Below, piece after piece: positions 24,835 to 34,209 of a DNA stretch of 64,000 bases. This DNA comes from Eledone cirrhosa (taxonomy: Eukaryota). The stretch lies in contig OZ024743.1 of the NCBI GenBank assembly GCA_964016885.1, forward strand, positions 333,064,001-333,128,000. Reading direction: 5' to 3'. A model generated the notes under the pieces. The model was not told where the DNA came from. It saw only the letters and a list, made by a program, of their open reading frames with translations, and ran no database searches. Position numbers and translations under genes: made by a program. Each line of letters starts with the position of its first letter. Positions within the stretch are counted from its first letter, which is position 1.

Positions 24835-25213
24835 TCACCGAAAGAATATGATTGGGAATACAAGCGGCTGAAATGGGGTTCCTCTTAAGGGTCTTTGGAT
24901 TAACGTTACTCGATAGAGTGCGTAGTTCAGAGATCAGAGAATCACTCTAGGCAGAACCACTATTTCGGAGAAGTAGTGGCTCTACCTGGAAAGAATCACA
25001 GAACAGATTTTAAGAACAAAACCAGCTAGCGGGATATGCAGGGGTAGACACTGAGCAAGATGGTTGGATAACATGCATGAGCTTGGCTGGTCTCACTTGG
25101 GGATCCAGCTGGATCAGTTGGAGACGGTTGCTCCTAACAGTACCTGCTGGAAGGCATGTTTGAGGACTCTGATCCCACGACCTCCTCAGGAATAAGTGGG
25201 TGAAGAAGAAGAA
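24835..25213 (+). mobile_element. RTE LINE family E 3' fragment
   Basis: IQAAEMGFLLRVFGLTLLDRVRSSEIRESL...WLDNMHELGWSHLGIQ; (GAA)n tail. Confidence 0.8.
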
Positions 25214-25499
25214 AATTTCTCCCCCTACATTTCATACTAATTCACATATCTCACTTACCATCATATGTGTATTCATTTTGATAAAAAAATAAAATAAATA
25301 GCTGCCTATCAGCTGTATTGCAGATTAGCATTATAACTGTATGACTGGTGGAAATCATACCCCTCTCTCATCTCACTTTCTACTCCGTGTGCTTCTCCTT
25401 GGGACTAAATGGCCCTTTTGAATTCTTGAGTTTGATATCCCTGCTATACAGGTTATGGAGTACTTTCATCAGAGATATTTAAGAGATATTCTGAATGTA

Positions 25500-25807
25500 T
25501 AGTGGCAAATTGGCAGAGACATTAGAATGTGGGATAGAATACTTTGTGGTATTCATTCCAGCTCTGTATGCTCTGAGTACAAATCTTGCTGAGGTCAACT
25601 TGCCTTTCATCCTTTCAAGGTCGATAAAAAGTACCAGTCTAATACTGGGGTCATTACTGCCTGCCTTCTCTGGAAAAAATTGGTTGTGTTCAGGCATGGA
25701 GAGGGAATGGGGTCTGCCAGGCTTGAAAATGCCCCCAAAAACGTTGTTTGGCACTATGGCGTCCCTACAACTCCACCAGGAGTTATGGGTCCATACATAC
25801 ATACATT
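25500..25807 (+). mobile_element. SINE family B
   Basis: Homologous to 4493-4803; (ACAT)n tail. Confidence 0.75.
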
Positions 25808-25995
25808 CTGGATGTCAGCTCATACATATATACTGTAGTTTTAATGATCCATTGATAGACTCTCACCCAACACCACCTAACTCTTGAAATGTCAAACATT
25901 GTTCTTGAAATGTCAAACAAGTAACCTATTTATAATATTAGAACATTAGAAAACTGATCTGACTTACCAGACAAACATCAACAATTCTGCATTAA

Positions 25996-26114
25996 CACTC
26001 CTGGGTCTCAAATAATAGGGGGTTGTGAAATAAGAGTTGGGTGTAGTGGTGGAAAAAATCTGAAAAATTAATAAGCGGTGGGTGGGAGGGACGATTATTC
26101 AAGACCCAAGAGTA
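25996..26114. mobile_element. ~120-bp Tc1/mariner-pogo-like MITE
   Basis: TIRs cactcctgggtctcaaataat / attattcaagacccaagagta; related halves at ~4393-4450 and ~5020-5082. Confidence 0.6.
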
Positions 26115-26827
26115 CTTATACAATATCCTAGTTCTTCCTTACACATATATATATGACAGTATAACTTGTGTCAACGAGGCAGCATCTACATGGTTTTTAG
26201 GCTTGCTAGAAATAGCAGTCAAATTTCCTTGAAGTTATGTTCCCTCTTCTTAACCCATTCGATACCAAATTGCCTGAAACATTCCCTAGTTCCACAATAC
26301 AAAACTGTTTGTTTTAAAGTGTTTATTATCATCACCATTATCACTGTTTAATGTTCATTTTCCACACTAGCATGGGTTAGACAGAGTGTCACATTATGAG
26401 ACAAATCAGATCAGGTGACCATGTCTTACTCATACAGATCTGTATTTTGGCTTGGTTTCTACAGCTGGATGCTCTTCCTATAACCAACCACTTCACAGCG
26501 TGTACTAGGTGCATTTATCGTGTAGATCACCAAACAATAGGGAGACTGTCGTGCCTTGACATGACTCATGGGTCCTCCCGACTCTTAGCTTGGCAAGTTT
26601 TCTATGGCTGGATGCTCTTCCAATCACTAACAACTAACAATACATATATGTATACAGACGTACAGTAGTATGTATATATATATACATACATGCACACATA
26701 TATATATGTACGTATGGATTCACCGAACATTTATTATAATGCTCGGTGTGTTTGTAAACAAACATCCCGTATTAAGCCGTAGTGTCTAGCAACCATCGTT
26801 GCTCGTTTGTTCAACACTGACAAAGGA

Positions 26828-26870
26828 ACGCTGTACTAGTTTCAAGCTTATTAGCTATCGTCAGCAACGT
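26828..26870 (-). ncRNA. Minimal type-I hammerhead ribozyme motif
   Basis: Minus strand: acguug CUGACGA u-agcu-aaua-agcu-u GAAA c-ua-GUA cagcgu; 6-bp stem I, palindromic ACUAGU stem III. Confidence 0.75.
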
Positions 26871-27252
26871 ATACCTTCCTGCCAGATTGTTGAACGTATA
26901 TACTTACCTTATGCATATTAACGGCTGAGTAGCCCAATTTGCATATCGAGTGGGTTAATCGGCCGGGTGCACCGAAAACGATAAACGGAAAAAATGAAAC
27001 AAAATTTCATTTCCCACTCTTAGTACGGCTGTTACTTAAATATAAGTATGTACACGTACATACATATATGTATACAGACGTACAGTAGTATGTATATATA
27101 TATATACATACATGCACACATATATATATATGTACGTATGGATTCACCGAACATTTATTATAATGCTCGGTGTGTTTGTAAACAAACATCCTGTATTAAG
27201 CCGTAGTGTCTAGCAACCATCGTTGCTCGTTTGTTCAACACTGACAAAGGAA

Positions 27253-27293
27253 CGCTGTACTAGTTTCAAGCTTATTAGCTGTCGTCAGCAACG
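27253..27293 (-). ncRNA. Minimal type-I hammerhead ribozyme motif (second tandem copy)
   Basis: cguug CUGACGA c-agcu-aaua-agcu-u GAAA c-ua-GUA cagcg; 424 nt from the first copy. Confidence 0.75.
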
Positions 27294-28616
27294 ATAAATA
27301 TTACAGTACAGCATACCTTTGTCAGTGTTGAACAAACGAGCAACGATGGTTGCTAGACACTACGGCTTAATACGGGATGTTTGTTTACAAAGACACTGAG
27401 CATTATAATAAATGTGCGGTGAATCCATACGTACATATATATATGTGTGCATGTATGTATATATATATACATACTACTGTACGTCTGTATACATATATGT
27501 ATGTACGTGTACATACTTATATTTAACTAACATCCGTACTGAGAGTGGGAAATGAAATTTCGTTTCATTTTTTCCGTTTATCGTTTTCGGTGCACCCGGC
27601 CGATTAACCCAAATTGGGCTACTCAGCCGTTAATATGCATAAGGTAAGTATATACGTTCAACAATCTGCAGGAAGGTTATATCAAAATACTGGGTTGTAT
27701 GAATGTAACTAGGAGACTTGGTTTGTGTGTATAATATTTAATTAACAATTTGTGAATATTTAGAACAGTATAGTTTTCATGTCAATGAGTAGATGAGAGA
27801 AAAAGTCTGTCTGAACGCGAATTTCACATGTGCGTGGTGTGTTCGTTTCTTGGTTGCGTATTTTCATAGTTTGTCAATAAAATTTTTCTGTGTATTCGTA
27901 ATGTTACTCACACAACACCAGATTCTGCTATTTTTTTCTTTTTTCGGGGTCACCACTTATAACAATGAACGGCAGCGTGTTCGTATCACGTCGGGGTCAC
28001 CAATTATAACAAAATACTGGTGTGTATGAATGTAACAAGGAGACAGGGTTTGTGTGTATAATATTTAATAAACAATTTGTCGATATATAGAACAGTATAG
28101 TTGACGCGTCAATGAATAGATAAGAGAATGAAACAAAGTTATTAATTACCGCTTGGTTGCCAGTGTTACACACGCCTGAGTGAAGACTCCTGGCCATGGC
28201 CAGGAGGCGCCTGACCGAAAAGGCGAATGAGAGATAGAGAGCTTAGCTAATAAGCTTGAAACTAGTACAGCGTTCCTTTGTCAGTGTTGAACAAACGAGC
28301 AACGATGGTTGCTAGACACTACGGCTTAATACGGGATGTTTGTTTACAAAGACACCGAGCATTATAATAAATGTGCGGTGAATCCATACGTACATATATA
28401 TATGTGTGCATGTATGTATATATATATACATACTACTGTACGTCTGTATACATATATGTATGTACGTGTACATACTTATATTTAAGTAACAGCCGTACTA
28501 AGAGTGGGAAATGAAATTTCGTTTCATTTTTTCCGTTTATATATATATATATATATATATACGTGGAAAAGTAAGAAATCGGAGAACAGACTGTTAATAC
28601 ATGTTTATTTAAAACA

Positions 28617-28656
28617 GCACCTACGTACGTTTCGCCCAGTTGGGCTTGTCAAGGGC
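28617..28656 (-). ncRNA. Minimal hammerhead motif, U3-A8 variant
   Basis: Reverse complement of 28876-28915. Confidence 0.65.
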
Positions 28657-28875
28657 ATAAATAACCTGTGCGTATCGACAATGGTAAGGTTGTAACCACA
28701 TCTTGTAACGGATAAAAAATTTATCCGGGAAAGATTGCCCTAACACCCGCCAGAGTTACCCCCTTGACCTACTGCAAAATCAAAACACGCTTTTTTTGCG
28801 AAGAATGAATTATGACGTGAACTTAACCCCCAAAACACTTTCCGAGCAATGTAAGGAACACTTTTGGTTATTTAT

Positions 28876-28915
28876 GCCCTTGACAAGCCCAACTGGGCGA
28901 AACGTACGTAGGTGC
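28876..28915 (+). ncRNA. Minimal hammerhead motif, U3-A8 variant
   Basis: gccc UUGACAA gccc-aacu-gggc GAAA c-guac-GUA ggugc; palindromic ACGUACGU stem III. Confidence 0.65.
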
Positions 28916-29137
28916 TGTTTTAAATAAACATGTATTAACGGTCTGTTCTCCGATTTCTTACTTTTCCACGTTCTTACGCTCTGCTAACTCTCTCGCCCAC
29001 TAAATATTAACACTTCTAATATTTAATACTGCCGGCACTAGTATTGAGCACCTTTTGCATACGCTATTTGGCAAATAACTAAATGTATCACCTATCCCTC
29101 CTTTTCTTCTCTCTCTCGATACGTAAATACTTTATTA

Positions 29138-29167
<30 letters not shown>

Positions 29168-29168
<1 letters not shown>

Positions 29169-29510
29169 CATCATTTCATCATTTCATTTTACGTCCGCTT
29201 TTCCCTGCTTGCAAGGGTGGGACGGGAACTGATTCTGGCTTGATTTCTACAGCTGGATGCCCTTCCTAACACCAACCTCATTTACAGTGAGTGCTGGGTG
29301 CTTTTTTGCCGTGGCACCTACACGACCACTTTGCAGTGGAATGATAGGGACCTCAGTCCCTATCATCTCATTTCTACAGCTGAGTAAACTGGAGCAATTT
29401 GAAATAAAGTGTCTTGCTCAAGGAAACAACACACCACCCGGTCTGAGAATTGAACTCACAACCTTTCGATTGCAAGGCCAATGCTCTAACCACTAAGCCA
29501 TGTGCCTCCA
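29168..29510 (-). mobile_element. SINE family A
   Basis: Reverse-complement, highly similar copy of 1530-1872 inserted in (TA)n. Confidence 0.9.
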
Positions 29511-29929
29511 TATATATATATATATATATATACAGTATTTTCCGTTGTATTGTAATATAAATATTACACACAGTAGATTATCAGCTCACGTAGAGTTTGC
29601 TCGACGGTTCCAGTTGTAGTTCCAAAAGTAATCCGGAGAAAAATAGAAAGATTTGAATGGATACAGTTTAGTTGAAAGGAATTTATTGACACGTGTTTCT
29701 ATAACAGTTACATAACCTAAAACCCTTTTTTCCCACTACAAGCCGAATATTACATAAAAGAGGGACATCCCCCAACTATATAAACCTTAATCTAGTTAGA
29801 AAAATATAAAAACAATCTCTTCTCAACATATATTAATAACCTTAAATTACCACACTAATAATGGAAAGATATGCTGATGAGAATAGGTGCAAATATGCGA
29901 TAATGAATGTGTCTAAAAACGTCCATAAG

Positions 29930-30055
29930 TATGTATATATATGTGAAAATGTATATAAATAAGTAAATATATATATATGTTTGATGTGTATAGTTAGATG
30001 TAAGTGTATTCATGTATTAAAGTGCATATATATATATGTATATATGTATGTATAT

Positions 30056-30111
<56 letters not shown>

Positions 30112-30390
30112 ATATGTGTATATGTATGTATATATGTGTATATAGATGTGTATGTATGTATATGTGTGTACACATGGACTAGAGTAAGTATGTATATATG
30201 TGTGTGTCTATACGTGTGTATATAAAGATAAGTTGAGTATGAAAATGTATACACATGAGTGCGTATGTATGTACATGAATACATGTGTGTATATATATGT
30301 GTATGCATGTGTATATATATGTAAGTATGAATATGTGAATTGTGAGTATATGTATTTTGTAGAGGTGTGCAAATATATTTGTGTGTGAAT
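29930..30390. repeat. Compound (TA)n/(TG)n/(TATG)n microsatellite
   Basis: Direct inspection. Confidence 0.9.
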
Positions 30391-30687
30391 GCGTGGGTGA
30401 AAGGATACGTACACTTGAAAGAAAAATTTAAGTCTGAATGTTAATTAAGTGCAAACACAAAACCAACCACGCATATCTTTACTATCTCTAATCCTTCTAT
30501 AGATTTAGAAAAATAACCAATAATATATTCTATAAAAAATGTCAAAACAACAGATGGGAATCTAATTACTCACTGCCACCAAGAATTCTCACTGCTATCG
30601 AAAAACCACTCCTTCAACTATTCTTCTAACAACTTCACCCCTCCCTCCTAATATTCTCTATAAAAACTAAATAGGTCCTCAGTAATA

Positions 30688-30807
30688 TTATTCTGATGAA
30701 ATGACAGTAAATAATAACATTGAAATATTGAATGCCTGCATAACTAAAAGTTTGTAGATAGCAGCTGTTTTAGGTTATGTAACTGTTATAGAAACACGTG
30801 TCAATAA
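30688..30807 (+). ncRNA. Hammerhead-like motif with an extended (~90-nt) domain II
   Basis: uuauu CUGAUGA a-augacagu...acuguuau-a GAAA c-acgu-GUC aauaa; 5-bp stem I, 8-bp base of stem II, palindromic stem III. Confidence 0.55.
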
Positions 30808-30956
30808 ATTCCTTTCAACGAAACTGTATCCATTCAAATCTTTCTATATATATATATATATATATGTATTTAAAAGGTAAACAGAAATAAAAACACAATC
30901 GGTACAGTATATGGAAGGAATATATTAGGTTAACGCTTGAAATAGTAGGATGGGGA

Positions 30957-30992
30957 TCTTAACGTTTCGGACGCTAGTCCTTCATCAGAAGA
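30957..30992 (-). ncRNA. Minimal Penelope-type hammerhead motif
   Basis: ucuu CUGAUGA a-ggac-uagc-gucc GAAA c-GUU aaga; palindromic AACGUU. Confidence 0.65.
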
Positions 30993-31282
30993 AAAAATGA
31001 GAAATTAGATAGATTGAAGGGACGGGCGGGGTGGAATTGGAAAAAATGTCTTTAGATAAAAATAACAGGTCCGGTAACATGCATGGACCTGTTATCGGTA
31101 GAGGGTCGGACACCATGCTTTCCAGCATAGTTATGTCTCTTTACGATCTGAGTTCAAATCCCGCCGAGGTTGACTTTGCCTTTCATCCTTACGGGGTCGA
31201 TAAAATAAAGTACCAGTAATGCACTGGGTAATTAATGGCCTTGTGCCTAAAGTAGAAACAATTATATATATATATATATTTA

Positions 31283-31851
31283 CTAGCAGTGGTACCCGGT
31301 GATGCACGGGATAAGATATTTTGGAACGTGAGCCTCCAACAGACCTAATCGTGGAAAAACTGCATGCCTGGACAATATGTAAAGAAAATAAACCGAATAC
31401 TCTGATGGCTGGATAATCTTCAAGATTTTCCTCGATGAAGCAGGAAAAATGCAGGTTTTCACCTAATGCGGGCCCCAAGGGATCAAGAAAATGAATTTTT
31501 ATGTGCATAATATGCCTTGAAATTTCAGCAAAAAAGCCCTAATGTGGGCTCTAGGCCATAAAAAAGTTGGATTTTCTTTGCTCACGTTATGAAGAAGAGA
31601 CTGACTAATACATAGTTACAATTTCAAGGAAATCAGTGTGACGTAACGCCTCAAAAAACCCCTAAAAATCTGAAAAAAAACGCAGTTTTTCACCTAATGC
31701 GGGCCCTAGGGGATCAAAAAGTTGAACCATAAGCTGAAACATAAGTAATACACATGTAAAGTTTGAAAAAAATCGGTTGGGTACTTCTCGAGTTTTAGCG
31801 ATTCAAACTAACAGACACACAGACAGACATCTTCAGTTTTATATATATAGA
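31283..31851 (-). mobile_element. Non-autonomous Helitron-like element
   Basis: Minus strand starts TCTATATATATAAAA (31851), has a (GTCT)n tract near the 5' end and internal subrepeats (cacctaatgcgggccc at ~31460 and ~31691), and ends with a GC hairpin then CTAG|T (31283). Confidence 0.75.
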
Positions 31852-32049
31852 CTAGCAGAAAACCACCCGGTGGGTGGTTTTCTGCTAGTTGATATATATT
31901 TAACACACATACATATATATATATACACCCATGTTCATATTTTGAGATGCATTATTCTCAAATCAGATTATTATCTCTGACAGGAAGAACCAGTTTATAA
32001 TTTTTAAGAAAAATTAAGCATACAGACATATTTTAGGAAACTTATGAAT

Positions 32050-32252
32050 TCCTGTACACTCACACTTACACAGATACACACAGACACACGTACAGACAGA
32101 CACACACGCATACAGACACATACGCTAACACACACATACCATACACACACTCATACATACGCACATATGCACACACATACACACGCACATACACACTTAA
32201 ACCTATATATATGTATATATATAGAGAGACATACATAATATACATATATAAT

Positions 32253-32294
<42 letters not shown>

Positions 32295-32450
32295 ATATAT
32301 TATATACACACACACACACAACACACACCCATATATAAAACACACGCGCGCACACATACACACATATAATACACACATACACACATATAACACACACACA
32401 CACGCATACACACACATATAACACACACACACACATATATATATATATTA
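32050..32450. repeat. Compound (CA)n/(TA)n microsatellite
   Basis: Direct inspection. Confidence 0.9.
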
Positions 32451-32921
32451 TATGCTCAGCCCCAGTGAGTTGGTTAAAACACAAAAGCCAGTCTTAAAGT
32501 TGTCGTCTGTAAATTCAAAGAACTCGGCTGTGTCTGGCTAGATCTCCATGGTAACTACTCCAAGGTCGCGCGTGCCATGGCTGGGAACGCAGGTGTCACA
32601 TGCTGGCCTAGAACGCTGGTTGTTGGAATCAGTGGTCGATGACAGGGAGTGAGAGGGGAGAGAAAGAAAGGCAGAGGTGAAGTGACGAAGTGACCCTCTC
32701 TTCCTCCTCCTCCATCTCCCCATTCGTCACAGCAATAGAGGGGATGAATGTTAGTGTGTTACAAAGAGAAAGAGTGAGAGTGAGAGAAAGAGACAGACTA
32801 AAAGAGAGGGATAGCTGGAGAGAGAGAGAGATAGCAACCACGCGTGTACGTGTTTCCACTGTCGGACAGACAGACAGAGAAATTGCTGGTTATATATTAT
32901 AAGGAGATTATATATATATAT

Positions 32922-33378
32922 ATGACAATGACACTGGATCGAGATCTTTGGCGCTATGCAGTTATACAGAAGACCTGCCTTCTCTTACATATGAACTTAA
33001 ACCTACAGTCAGTAGACACCTCTTAACCAAATATACACTCCAACCCACTACCCCTACTCCATCCTCCCACTCCCACCAACACCACCCTTTCACTGTAAAG
33101 TTATATTGGTACCACAGAACATCCAGTCCACACTAAAGAGGTCATGTAGGTGACACCCAGTATACACTGTAAAGTGGTCGCGTGGGAGACACGGTAAAAA
33201 GGTTCCCAGTTCACACTGTAAATGTGGTTGGTGTTAGGAAGGGCATCCAGCCGTAGAAAACCTGCCAGATACAGTTCTGTATGAGCGAGACATGGTCATC
33301 TGACCAATCTTGCCTCAAATAGGACAAACCCGTCCAACCCATGCTAGTGTGGAAGATGGACGTTAAACGATGATGATG
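32922..33378 (+). mobile_element. RTE LINE family A 3' fragment
   Basis: TMTLDRDLWRYAVIQKT plus a 3'UTR matching 22545-22986. Confidence 0.85.
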
Positions 33379-33499
33379 GTATCAATGTTACAAGGTATAG
33401 AGTTAGATTTAAGGTCAGTGTAACCTTAACATTTCTCTCCTTTCTGTCTGGGGATGTGTGTGTGTGGAGGGGAGCATCTTCGTAGTATATCTTGATACC

Positions 33500-33760
33500 T
33501 TATCAATCGACCCCCCCCCCCCCACACATACATACACATATACACAGACACATGCTCACCAATCGACCTTCCATGTACACACACTGAATAATAGACCCTC
33601 CTAACACATACACACCCCAACAACTGATCAAACCCAACCCTCTACACACACACATGTACACTCTCACCAATCAACCCTCCACACACACCCTCACCAATCG
33701 ACGCACCACATACACACATACCCTCACCAATTGACCCTACACACACACACACACACACAC
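33500..33760. repeat. Degenerate minisatellite ctcaccaatcgaccct(aca)n
   Basis: ctcaccaat recurs at ~33555, 33663, 33690 and 33723, interleaved with CA runs. Confidence 0.6.
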
Positions 33761-33859
33761 AATACTACCCAATTCCATTGACTTTCAGAAAACATTGTTC
33801 AGTATTTTGGCAACAGACAATGCAACATACATACATTGAATGTTCAAGTCAAGGCTACT

Positions 33860-34096
33860 GTTGCTGATGGTGATGATGATGATGGTAAAGGGAGAGAGAG
33901 TGATAGAAAGATAGTAGACATGTAATGAGAATTGATGATTATGATAGTAATGATGTTGATGATGATGACGATAATAATGAGGATTATAAACGGAGAGAGA
34001 GAGAGAAAGAGATAGAGAAATAGGAAACATGTAGAATTGATGATTATGATAGTAATGATGCTGAAGATGATGATGATGAGGACTAAAGTGATTAGC

Positions 34097-34134
<38 letters not shown>

Positions 34135-34153
34135 AGTGCTAAAGATGATGATG
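33860..34153. repeat. (GAT)n-rich microsatellite region bordering the satellite
   Basis: Direct inspection; includes an internal duplication agaattgatgattatgatagtaatgatg. Confidence 0.9.
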
Positions 34154-34209
34154 AGAAAACAGTATAGTTCCTAAACTTTCAGAAACATTTTTTCATGCTC
34201 AGAGTTGCT
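34154..34209 (+). mobile_element. Remnant of a CR1/L2-group LINE ORF2 C-terminus, contiguous with the satellite
   Basis: Translates RKQYSS / LNFQKHFFMLRVA immediately before the monomer WNKLPASVVSCRDTASFKTSM; matches the FFxxRVxxxWNxLPxxVVxxxxxxxFK motif. Confidence 0.7.

Larger units (their letters stand above)
26641..28540. mobile_element. Tandem and inverted copies of a ~420-424-bp hammerhead-bearing unit (retrozyme-like or Penelope pseudo-LTR)
   Basis: Unit starts at 26641 and again at 27061 (to 27293); reverse-complement copies at ~27306-27680 and 28244-28540; an unrelated 327-bp-period repeat lies at 27683-28140. Confidence 0.8.
28561..28971. mobile_element. Penelope-like remnant: 106-bp inverted repeats (28561-28666 / 28866-28971), each with a hammerhead motif
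   Basis: Arms are near-perfect reverse complements; (TA)n tracts lie on either side. Confidence 0.75.
29643..30847. mobile_element. Penelope-like remnant bounded by ~80-bp inverted repeats (29643-29723 / 30767-30847)
   Basis: atagaaagatttgaatggatacagttt...gacacgtgtttctataacagttacataacctaaaac and its reverse complement; the right arm ends a hammerhead-like motif. Confidence 0.6.

Noticed and set aside
29994-30414. ORFs rich in Y/I/H/T/C/V (also 32044-32484 and 33785-34098)
   Set aside because: Translations of microsatellites
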